Shown one piece after another: positions 37,383 through 48,280 of a stretch of 64,000 bases of DNA. Source of the DNA: Octopus vulgaris (lineage: Eukaryota); the NCBI GenBank assembly GCA_951406725.2, contig OX597814.1, forward strand, positions 190,774,001-190,838,000, given 5' to 3'. The position numbers were made by a program, and so were the translations under genes. The notes below the pieces were generated by a model. That model did no database searches. It was not told where the DNA came from and was given only the letters and a program-made list of their open reading frames with translations. Position 1 is the stretch's first letter. Each line of letters opens with the position of its first letter.

Positions 37383-39731
37383 GTAAAATTCTTTGAAATG
37401 TTATCAACAAGTTTATAATAGTGATTAAATTGGTTACTAGGACTCGAAATATTATTAATTATTGGCTCCTGTGCTGGTGGCACATAAAGAGCATCATTTG
37501 AGCTTGGTCGATGCCAGTGCCTCCTGATTGGCCCCTGTGCCGGTAGCATGTAAAAAGCATCCACTACACTCTCGGAGTGGTTGGCATTAGGAAGGGCATC
37601 CAGCTGTAGAAACCTCACCATATCAGATTGGAGCCTAGTGCAGCCTCCTGGCTTGCCAGTCCTCAGTCAAACCGTCCAACCCATGCCAGCATAGAAAGCG
37701 GACGTTAAACGATGATGATGTGTGTCTCGGCATGATTGTAAGGTCATTACTGCAATACCCAGTGATATATTGTAGCCTTGAGCAAGACTCTTTATTTCAC
37801 ATTGCATTCGACTGGCAAAAATGAGTTGAACCTATAATTCAAAGGGCCACTCTTGTCACATTCTGTATCACTCTGAATCTCCCTGAGAACTACATTAAAG
37901 GGTACACATGTCTGTGGAGTACTCAGCCACTTGCAGGTTAATTTCACGAGTAGGCTGTTCCATTGATCAGATCAACTGAAACAGTTGTCATATACACACA
38001 TATATATATAGAGTGACTGACAGACTGTATTTCAAAGGGCCAACCTTGTCATGCTGAATCTCCTTGAGAACTACATTAAAGGGCACACATGTCTGTGGAG
38101 TACTCAGCCACTTGTAGGTTAATTTCAGGCTGTTCTGTTGATTGGATCAACTGGAATATTCATTGTCATAGCTGACAGAGTACTAGTTATTGTTGTTGTT
38201 GTTGTGAAGGGGCATGGCTTAGTGGTTAGAGCATTTGACTCATGATTGTGAGGTCACGAGTTCAATTCCCAGCAGCACATTGTGACCTTGAGCAAGACAC
38301 TTTATCTCCTGTTTCTCCAATGAGTATTTCCTTATGTCTTCACATTTTCAGTGTGTGTGTGCAAAAAGCCATGTCAGTGTTTATGTCTTTTGTAAAGAGA
38401 ATGACCCACTGTTCAGTCGTTTCATCATATGTGAAGTCTTATTTCTTTATTACCCACAAGAGGCTAAACATCTATATACACACACACACACACCAAGCTA
38501 TTTTTGTTATCGCAACATAGCACAGTTGTGGTATAGCATACTTCAACCAATCAGAGCTGGGCACATATTAATATCAGAAGCAGTTATCTGCCCCATAGGT
38601 AAGCTCACGTTTTTTTAATAATCAGCAGAAGAATACAAGACAAACCACATTTTCCAAAGATGGGATCTGCCTTTTGTCTTTCTCCCCAACTTACCACTGC
38701 AAACTTCTGAATCATATTCAGCTCTCAATGCTGACTACATCATGGATATCCTATTTCGTTTTTGTCAACTTCACCTTGCGAGCACCTTTTCAGTTAGTCT
38801 CTATCAACACAATGCTACCTATATCATGAATGGTTTATTTCCGTCTAAGCTAGCTTTTAATGATTTCCACTTAAATCATTTGTTCAATCAGAAGTTTTAT
38901 TGCTTTTCTCTGACTCCTACACATATGCCTTTAGGTATTAAGAGCACCATCCGAGCATGATTGTTGCCAGAGCGGCTATCTGGCCTCCGTGCCGGTGACA
39001 CCATTCGAGCGTGATCGTTACCAGCATCGCCTTACTGGCACCTGTGCCGGTGACATGTATAAAAGATTCGAGCGAGGTCGTTGCCAGTACCGCCTGACTG
39101 GCACGTAAAAGCACCCACTACACTCTCGGAGTGGTTGGCATTAGGAAGGGCATTCAGCTGTAGAAACTCTGCCAGATCAAGATTGAAGCCTGGTGCAGCC
39201 ATCTGGTTCGCCAGCCCTCAGTCATTCGTCCAACCCATGCTAGCGTGGAAAGCGAATGTTAAACGGTGATGATGATGTTTTGTTCAAAAACTTCCTTTGA
39301 TATTCATTTACACATGCTTCTCAAAAGCACATTTAATGGAATTTTCCATTAACACTTTCATACATTAAATCAGAGGCCCACAGACAAGCTGTTTTCAAGG
39401 CCCTGCTTATCTATCGCATTCTGGATCCTCTGCCTCAGTGAAGTTCATTACGGCTAGATTCTTCTAGCCAACTCGAGGCATTGCATCATTGACTAGCCTC
39501 GATCTTGCTTCTATTTCCCAAGGTTGATGGTGCATACACACATTCATGCTCCCTTCGGCACCTTCAGCACACCAGATGCACATTCCGTCACATTCACATT
39601 GATCTTGTGGGACCCTGGCCTGTCAGTCAAGGATACGCTTACATTTCACATTGGTGACTTTTATGTTGCTTACATTCTACACTGGCTTCCATACTAAGCT
39701 AATGACTTACTACTGTGTATTACTTTTTCAG

Positions 39732-39768
39732 ACACAAAACCATCTTTATTTCCAACAAATATTAGAAG
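39732..39768 (+). CDS. CEP95: CEP95 coding exon 7, 37 nt (DTKPSLFPTNIRR)
   Basis: tttttcag / gttagt, phase 1-2; needed to join exons 6 and 8 in frame. Confidence 0.7.
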
Positions 39769-40242
39769 GTTAGTATTGTATTTTTCACAATCTTCTCATT
39801 TTATTTACAAAATGTTTCATAATGCAGCTATGTAAAGTGTCCTAATTCTGCTCCAATGCAGGGTAGTTGGGATAGACCAAGGAGGATTTGGAATAAAGTC
39901 GTTGGATGAAACCAGAGAACCATGAGTTTATCAGATAAAATGATATAGGTTGAACCCTTCTTTGGCATTCAGATTACTGTCTCAAATGCAATGCCTATTT
40001 ATTCACATTGTTTGAAAGAATCTTGTATTATCTCATAGCTTTGAGATTTCAGTGATGTGATTATGTATTTTTAGAACGTAGTAGGGTGAGAGCCCAAATC
40101 TAGCCAGTTTGGACATAAAACAGGTAAAATATTTTGACCTGATATGGCTGGTTTACCACTGTGCCAAAAGAGACATAGAAATACCAAGATGATAATGTTG
40201 AAGTAAGTGTCGATATTGTTTAAATGGTATTTTTCCAAATTC

Positions 40243-40476
40243 TAAGGCAGTGAGCTGGCAGAATCGTTAGCACTCCGGGTGAAATGCTGAGCGGTATTTC
40301 GTCTGCCATTATGTTCTGAGTTCAAATTCCGCCGAGGTCAACTTTGCCTTTCATCCTTTCGGGGTCGATTAAATAAGTACCAGTTACGCACTGGGGTCGA
40401 TGTAATCGACTTAATCCGTGTGTCTGTCCTTGTTTGTTCCCTCTATGTTTAGCCCCTTGTGGGTAGTAAAGAAATA
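40243..40476 (+). mobile_element. SINE family B, full length, 17-bp TSD
   Basis: TSD ggtatttttccaaattc at 40226-40242 and 40477-40493. Confidence 0.9.
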
Positions 40477-40657
40477 GGTATTTTTCCAAATTCCTTATAA
40501 AATCTGAAAATTAGTCAAGATTCTCAGATAGATTTTTTTTTCTGTTTTCTTTTTTGTTCTTTAAAACGTTTTTGTTAATTGCCTGGTTTATTTACTTGTT
40601 TTCAGTCAGTCATTTTCAGCAGACATTAACCCTGATTTGATGCTTATGTTCTTGTAG

Positions 40658-40750
40658 AAATTCTGACTCATCAACTCAAACGGAGAAAGCCTTCTATCCT
40701 GAATCGAATGATATCTTAGAGCAATACAGACCTGGACGCAGTACAAATCA
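40658..40750 (+). CDS. CEP95: CEP95 coding exon 8 (NSDSSTQTEKAFYPESNDILEQYRPGRSTNQ)
   Basis: ttgtag / gtaagt, phase 2-2. Confidence 0.75.
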
Positions 40751-40806
40751 GTAAGTGAATAAAATTTTACAGAAAGTATAGAGTATTAGTAAAATAATGT
40801 TATCAT

Positions 40807-41160
40807 CTGTTGTGTCTGGGGAGAGTCATTTTCTTTTTGTGCCTTATTATGTAACACACTCACTGGTAAAATTTCCACTTTTTTCTTATTTTTATTTTCC
40901 TAAAATTTTTGTTGCGTCTTGCAACCTTTTCAATAGTTTTGAGTCAAAATTTTTGTTGTGTCTTGCAACCTTTTCAATAGTTTTGAGTCAAAATTTTCGT
41001 TGCGTCTTGCAACCTTTTCAGTAGTCTTGACTATTGAAAAGGTTGCAACACGCAACGAAAATTTTAGGACAATAAAAATAAGAAAAAAGTGGAAATTTTA
41101 CTGGTGAGTGTGTTACATAATAAGGTGCAAAAAGAAAATGACTCTCCCCAGACATAACAG
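40807..41160. repeat. Foldback element with a triplicated ~42-bp hammerhead-like unit
   Basis: ctgttgtgtctggggagagtc... mirrors ...gactctccccagacataacag; unit aaaattttcgttgcgtcttgcaaccttttcaatag occurs three times in the left arm. Confidence 0.85.
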
Positions 41161-41261
41161 AATATGCTTCAATACACGAACTCATATAAAGAATCTTGCA
41201 AACCAAATCCAAAAACGAAATGTTATCATCATCATCATCATTTAACACTTGTTTTCCAAAT

Positions 41262-41640
41262 CCCGTGATGTCACCTTCACTTCTGACGACACCAAAGCCC
41301 ATGATTGTCACTGGAAATCTCATCTGCATGACTCTAGACATGTCATTAGATGAGACAGGGAACCATCTGTTGTTCTGGGAGTTGATCTGGTCTTGACAGA
41401 AATTCTTCTCGTTGGAGAAGAACCACAGCATGTGTAGTTCCAGTGGGTGTTTCAACTTATTTGATCAGCTTCTTGGTGTGTTTAAGTCACATATCCTGCA
41501 TTGCCTTGGACAGAAACTTTCCATACTCATCTTGTATGCAAAGTAGGAAATATCCTTCTGTGCCACCAGCCTGATGAGCTTTCCATCCACACCTTTGCAT
41601 TGAATTGCTGGGATCATTGTTGATGATCTGGATTTCAGCG
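41262..41640 (-). pseudogene. Tc1/mariner (maT/DD37D-like) transposase remnant
   Basis: WFFSNEKNFCQDQINSQNNRW...MRFPVTIMGFGVVRSEGD resembles the first catalytic-D region (FSDEK); frameshifted upstream. Confidence 0.75.
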
Positions 41641-41839
41641 ACGAATTCCAACATTCTGATGGTATCAGATCGACAGGGGCTTCAAAATTTTCCATTGTCA
41701 ATTATTCTGCAAAAAAATAAAACACAAGTGGTTATTAAAAAGAAAAAGACCAACAAGAAAAGTAAATAGAATATGCATAAAGTTAGCAGTTGATAATTGC
41801 AAACAAATACTGACCACACCCTATGTGTGTGTGTATATA

Positions 41840-42095
41840 TCTATTATATAAAATCTGTTCTGTCTGTCTGTGTGTGTGTCTTCTAGGATCTCGGGCATCC
41901 TCCATCCAGTTGTGCTCAAATTTGATATGTAGATACCAACGGTATCAGGGCGAGTATAAGTCTTGAAAAAATTACAAAAATCGATTCCAGGTGATAATGT
42001 GATCGATAAAGCCGTAGGAACATGCATTTGTAAAATTGTTTTTCTTGGAATAGAAAAAAGTCTATCTTTATTTCTTCTTTTGCTGGTGTCTTAAA
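41840..42095 (+). mobile_element. Helitron-like 5' fragment
   Basis: A|TCTATTATATAAAATCTGTTCTGTCTGTCTGTGTG start, like the other Helitron 5' ends here; no 3' CTAG terminus found. Confidence 0.5.
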
Positions 42096-42144
42096 TTTAG
42101 GTTAAATCAGTGTTTCTCAAAGGGGAGGCCTATGGGATGGTCTA

Positions 42145-42205
<61 letters not shown>

Positions 42206-42300
42206 TATACACACATATATATATATGAGAGTATTGTATACATATATATGAGAATATTATAGTTCGCTTTAAGCATTGTGTATTGTTTGTAAACAATAAT

Positions 42301-42611
42301 AATAAATAGTAATAATGTGTTTTGAATGACACAACAGTGCACTATAATAACAACAATGGACTATAATAACTGGTGTCATTTAATCATTTATAGTCTGATA
42401 TAATATTTCGAAATATAAAAATTCTTTCTTCAGATATCCCTAGGGATTGATTGGGAAAATCAGTTGTAGCAGTGACTTGATCAATTCCTAGGGATATCTG
42501 ATGAAAGAATTTTTATATTCCGAAATATTATATCAGACTATGGATGATTAAATTACATCAGTTATCATAGTGCACTGTTGTGCCATTCTAAACACTTTAT
42601 TACTGTTTATT
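42301..42611. repeat. Foldback element with hammerhead-core motifs in both arms
   Basis: Mirrored arms; gatat-CTGATGA...GAAA-tatt-atatc at 42493-42534 and an inverted CTGAAGA copy at ~42397-42439. Confidence 0.8.
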
Positions 42612-43530
42612 TTACATTTATATAATTTTGACAAAACAAGTACAGCTCAATGCTAAATATTTTGGTATTTGGATACGTCTGGATCATGATTTCTAGTTCT
42701 GGCAAAAAGCCTCAACCTTCATCAGTAAGTTTTACCCACTGAGAAAACTGAAAAATTTTTTCCAGTTGGTAAAAGGAATTCCAACCACATTTCATGGTTT
42801 GCTACCCCAACAGCTCTTATAGGATTCAGTGGGTAAAGACATCATCAGGAGGAACTACGTCCAGTTTCAGCCACTACTCCTCTACCATTTTCAACATGCT
42901 GCCCCCCGCCTTTCTGAGGTGACATCAGCTCTGGTGTTGAGTGCATTTTTTTCTTTCTCCCTTTTTTCTTTTGTTCTTTGGTTTCTTCAATGCTGTGTCA
43001 ATGAATGTCAGCAGGCAAAATACCATCCTGCTAAATTTCCCTTTAAATACTCACTGGTAGGCTCCAGCAGCCAGCACCAGCTAACTGTCATGTGACACTG
43101 TCTTAGTTTCAACTGACCAATGGAGGGGAAGGGCACATAGTTTTGACCTATGCCCTCCCTAAACCTGCCTTTCAACAGTGTTGTGTTAGTTTCATTTCCA
43201 GCAGCCAGAGCCGACCAGCTGTTTGCTAGTACAAGCCTTTGAACCAGGAGCAGGGCATGCTATGAAATAAGATTGCTATCTTGGCATATCTGTCAATAAT
43301 GGTTTATTGATGTAGAAGGTAGCAAATATTTCTCTTATCAAAGTATGATAAGCTGGGCTCCCTTGACAACAATGTAACCTTCATTTGCCTATGTTATCTT
43401 TGGCCTGATGAGTAACTAGCAGAATACTCCTCATTGAGTAATTACTGCTTACGTGGCTCTGCTAGCTAGGAAACATATGTAAGCTGGATTTTACCTACTC
43501 CATCCACTAAATTTGGATATATATATATAT

Positions 43531-44356
43531 CATCATCATCATCATCATCATTTAGCGTCCGTTTTCCATGCTAGCATGGGTTGGACGGTTCTGCTGGGGT
43601 CTGTGAAGCCAGAAGGCTTCATCAGGCCCAGTCAAATCTGGCAGTGTTTCTACGGCTGGATGCCCTTCCTAACGCCAACCACTCCGTGAGTGTAGTGGGT
43701 GCTTTTTACGTGCCACCCGCACTGGTGCCAGACAGAGCTGGCAAACGGCCACGAACGGATGGTGCTTTTTATGTGCCACCGGCACGAGGGCCAGGCGAGG
43801 CTGGCAACGGACACGAAACGGGGCGGTGCTGGCAACGGTCGCGAAACGGAAAGTTCTCTTACATGCCACCGGCACTGGTAACACATCTGCAATTTCCATT
43901 GATCGATTTCCATTGATCGATTTCGATTCTGATCCTCACTTGCCTCAATGGGTCTTCACAAGCAGAGTTTCGACATGCCACCGGCACTGGTAGCACATCC
44001 GCAATTTCCATTGATCGATTTCGATTCTGATCCTCACTTGCCTCAACACGTCTTCACAAGTAGAGTTTTGTGTCCCAAGAAGGGAAGGTATGCATACGTA
44101 GGCTGGCTCCATCCCATGTAGAAGGCCACGGGTTGTGGACTCACTTGTCCTGCCGGGTCTTCTCGCGCACAGCACACTTCCAGAGGTCTCGGTCTCTAGT
44201 CATTTCCTCAGTGAGACCTAAAGTTCGAAGGTCGTGCTTCACCACCTCGTCCCAGGTTTTCCTGGGTCTGCCTCTTCCACAGGTTCCCTCAACCGCTAGG
44301 GCGTGGCACTTTTTCACACAACTATCTTCATCCATTCTCGCCACATGACCATACCA

Positions 44357-44362
<6 letters not shown>
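43531..44362 (-). mobile_element. RTE-clade LINE 3' end (ORF C-terminus, long 3' UTR, (GAT)n tail)
   Basis: RWYGHVARMD...VEGTCGRGRPRKTWDEVV...DRDLWK is the typical RTE C-terminus; its UTR is the repeat also at ~1780, 22660, 30325, 31190, 32000, 34620, 37463, 38940, 48330, 48905, 49715, 52413, 54789, 57245, 59382. Confidence 0.9.
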
Positions 44363-44396
<34 letters not shown>

Positions 44397-44580
44397 CACT
44401 CTGCTGGGTGGTTGGTGTTAGGAAAAGCATCCAGTCATAAAAACTGTGCCAAAACAGACACAGAAGTCAGGTGCATGTTCCTGTCAAATTGTCCAGCCCA
44501 TGCCAGCATGGAAAGCGGACATTAAAAAAATGATGATGAACATATATGTATATATATATATATAGACACTCACACATATA

Positions 44581-44805
44581 CAGGGTTGGCCAAAAGTCAC
44601 CTGACAATAAATCAAAGCCATTTAATTCCAAACTTTATTTATGTTTAACAACTGAATGGATTTAATAAAAGCAATTGAATATGAAACATCATGAAAATTG
44701 TTCAAACTGAAGTCCTTCTTGAGCAACACATTTTTCCATTCGAGTCAATACAGAAAGCATTTATGGAATTTTGATTTACACTCAGGTGACTTTCGGCCAT
44801 CCTTG
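44581..44805. mobile_element. Tc1-like MITE
   Basis: TA|CAGGGTTGGCCAAAAGTCACCTGA ... TCAGGTGACTTTCGGCCATCCTTG|TA; partial copy at ~54407. Confidence 0.8.
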
Positions 44806-45536
44806 TATACACATACATATATGTATGTATCCTTTTATTCTTTTACTTGTTTCAGTCATTAGACTGTGGCCATGTTTAGGCACCACTTTGAAGAATTTTA
44901 GTTGAACGTGTCTTCTAATATAGCCTCAAGCCAATCAAAGCTTTGAATGGATTTGGCAGATGTAAACTAAAAGAAGCTTGTTATGTGAGTGTGTGTGTGT
45001 GCGCGTGTTTGTCCCCCACCACTGCTTGTTGGTTTGTTTATGTCCCCGTAACTTAGCAGTTTGGCAAGAGACTGACAGAATAAGCAACAAGCTTAAAGAA
45101 AATAAGAACTAGCGTTGTTCCATCATCATCATCATTTAATGTCCGCTTTCCATGCTGGCATGGGTTGGACTGTTTGACTGGGGACTGGTGAGCCAGATGG
45201 CTGCACCAGGTGATGATGATGATGATGGAACAACCCTAGTTCTTATTTTCTTTAAGCTTGTTATTTATTCTGTCAGTCTCTTGCCAAACTGCTAAGTTAC
45301 GGGGGACATAAACACACCAAGGAGCAGTGGTGGGGGACAAACACATACACACACACACACTCGCATAACAAGCTTCTTTTAGTTTCCATCTACCAAATCC
45401 ATTCAAAGCCTTGGTTGGCTTGAGGCTATATTAGAAGACACTTGCTCAAGGTGCCATGCAGTGGGTTTGAACGCAGAACCATGTGGTTGGGAAGCAAACT
45501 TCATACCACACAGCTGTGCCTCTCTATGTGTCTATG

Positions 45537-45664
45537 TACGAGGGATGTATGAAAAGTCTTGAGCCTCAAAAACACAAAACATGGTACAAAACTTCTGATG
45601 AAGGTTCAAGATTTCAAGACTCAGAGGCCTTCAAGGCTCAGAACTTTTCATACACCCCCTCATA
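45537..45664. mobile_element. Short mariner-type MITE
   Basis: tacgagggatgtatgaaaagt ... acttttcatacaccccctcata inverted ends. Confidence 0.65.
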
Positions 45665-45726
45665 TAAAAAATAAACTGAAGTTCTGTCTGCATTTGCATC
45701 ATGTTATGTCTTTGCTTATTCTCTAG

Positions 45727-45904
45727 ACTATTGGATATGATTGAGTCAGCATTAAAACAACTGCAAATTGAAAGTCAACCAACATGCTACGACAAGATTC
45801 CTCAGAAACAAGTACACTTTGAAGACGTATACAAACCTAAGGAGAAATGTTTCCATCAGAACCCTATTGTCTCTCGTGATTGGAAGAAAAATAAACAATT
45901 ACAA
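45727..45904 (+). CDS. CEP95: CEP95 coding exon 9 (QLLDMIESALKQLQ...DWKKNKQLQ)
   Basis: ctctag / gtaagg, phase 2-0; LLDMIESAL recalls the CEP95 LDWMLKSAL segment. Confidence 0.8.
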
Positions 45905-45936
45905 GTAAGGAACCTTCTTTTTTTTATGCTGTTAGA

Positions 45937-46437
45937 AGAGAATACCCTCCATCAGGCATTTGCCATATTCTGAACGCATTACTTTCCTGGGCATGGATAC
46001 ATTGAAACTCCGACGTCAGCAGCTGACTTGGCAGACACCATAAAATTATTAACCATCTTACTAACAATAACCCTGAGCACCTTTTCAAACTCCATCTATC
46101 TAACACCTGTGGACATGTTTACAAAGTCAGAAAAACAGCACAGCTCCCATGACTTTTGGAAACATTTTTTCACGCTAAGAGTTGCTGAAGTATGGAACAA
46201 ACTGCCGGCATCAGTTGTTAATTGTCGGAGCACTGCATCCTTCAAAACTTCCATGCTTCCTGAGATTCGCCAACACTACACCTGATTTTCTCCCCTCCAT
46301 ACACACGCAAGCATGTATCTGGCTCATACAATTTTCACTTCCCAGACATTTGTACATTACTGCATATACTTTATATGCACTTTTGACAAGTTGTGGTGCA
46401 CCTGAGTACTGTATACAATAATTTCATTATTATTATT
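45937..46437 (+). mobile_element. CR1 LINE 3' fragment
   Basis: Matches ~1037-1539; HFFTLRVAEVWNKLP; (ATT)n tail. Confidence 0.85.
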
Positions 46438-47423
46438 AAAAATCCTCATTGCTTGTCATTTATTACTTAGCAAACTGAAGTATTTTTTTTATATTAACCC
46501 TTTAGTATTCAAACCAGCCATATCCAGCCCAAATATTCTACCTGTTTTATGTCCAAACCATCCAGATCTGGCTTCTCACACCTACCCTACAATGTCATTT
46601 GAAAAATAAACAATCAAATCAAATCAAAGTTTTGAATCTCTAAGAAAATGCATTAGGAGTGGCTGTGTGGTAAGTAGCTTGCTTACGAACCACATGGTTT
46701 CGGGTTCAGTCCCACTGCGTGGAATCTTGGGCAAGTGTCTTCTACTATATATTTCTTTACTACCCACAAGGGGCTAAACACAGAGGAGACAAACAAAGAC
46801 AGACAAACGGATTAAGTTGATTACATCAACCCCAGTGCGTAACTGGTACTTAATTTATCGACCTCGGAAGGATGAAAGGCAAAGTCGACCTCGGCGGAAT
46901 TTGAACTCGGAATGTAACGGCAGACGAAATAACACTAAGCATTTCGCCCGGTGTGCTAACGTTTCTGCTAGCTCGCCGCCTTATATTATAGCCTCGGGCC
47001 AACCAAAGCCTTGTGAGTGAATTTGGTAGATGGAAACTGAAAGAAGCCTGTCATATATATGTGTATATATGTATGTGTGTGTCTGTGTTTGTCCCCCCAA
47101 CATCGCTTGACAACCGATGCTGGTGTGTTTACGTCCCCGCAACTTAACGGTTCAGCAAAAGAGACCGATAGAATAAGTACTAGGCTTACAAAGAATAAGT
47201 CCTGGGGTCGATTTGCTCGACTAAAGGCAGTGCTCCAGCATGGCCACAGTCAAATGACTGAAACAAGTAAAGGAGAGAGTAAAGAGTATACCAAGATGGA
47301 CTGCATGTCAATCAAACAACTTTATATCACTGTTACTTTTGTTGCTGCGTTTGTTTTATGTTTTCGTTGTTGTTGTTGCTGTTGTTTTCATTTTTAATTT
47401 ATTCTTACATCCACCATTTCCAG

Positions 47424-47516
47424 TTTCTGAAAAAGAACTACTCGGAAGACCTTGCCCAGTTTTCAGAAGATGTTAAGTTAACCCTGAAAAGTGAAAAAAC
47501 TGCTGCTAACATGAAA
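47424..47516 (+). CDS. CEP95: CEP95 coding exon 10 (FLKKNYSEDLAQFSEDVKLTLKSEKTAANMK)
   Basis: tttccag / gtaagt, phase 0-0. Confidence 0.8.
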
Positions 47517-47783
47517 GTAAGTAGTTTTGTATTGTTACATCTGTTTCATCATGAATGAATTGTATTTGTGTTCCTTGACATACTCTTTTACTTGTTTCAG
47601 TCATTTGACTGCGGCCATGTTGGAGCACTGCCTTTAGTCGAGCAAATCGACCCCAGGACTTATTCTTTGGAAGCCTAGTACTTATTCTATTGCTCTCTTT
47701 TGCCAAACCACTAAGTTACAGGGACGTAAACATACCACCATCTGTTGTCAAGCAATGTTGGAGGGACAAACACAGATACACAA

Positions 47784-47816
<33 letters not shown>

Positions 47817-48219
47817 CAACGGGCTTCTTTCAGTTTCCGTCTACCAAATCCACTCGCAAGGCTTTGGTCGGCCCGAGGCTATAGTAGAAGACACTTGTCC
47901 AAGGTGCTATGCAGTGGGAATGAACCCAGAACCATATGGTTGGTAAGCAAGCTACTTACCATACAGCCACTCCTGCATAGTTGTACTTACTTGTATTTGC
48001 AACAGCATTCATCTGGTTGGGTGAGTGGGGGTTGAGCCAGCTCTGATTAACGAGTTCACCACATCCCTCATAAATGCTGACCACATTCTGTTTAACCTTT
48101 GACATATCAACATTAACCTGTCTTAGTTTCTGTTCAATATTGTTTCAGTATTAATATTTCTGTATCAAACCTTTTATTCAGAACATTTCCACATAAATGT
48201 TTATTTCTTCTATTTTTAG

Positions 48220-48280
48220 GAATATCGGAATCCTTCTAGAACCTCAGTAAAGCATCAAAGACCTTTGATGAGACGTTCAG
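48220..48280 (+). CDS. CEP95: CEP95 coding exon 11 (EYRNPSRTSVKHQRPLMRRS)
   Basis: tttttag / gtaaaa, phase 0-1. Confidence 0.75.

Noticed and set aside
42697-42724. 28-nt exon candidate (ttctag ... tca|gtaagt)
   Set aside because: Would shift the frame between exons 8 and 9, which already join in phase 2.
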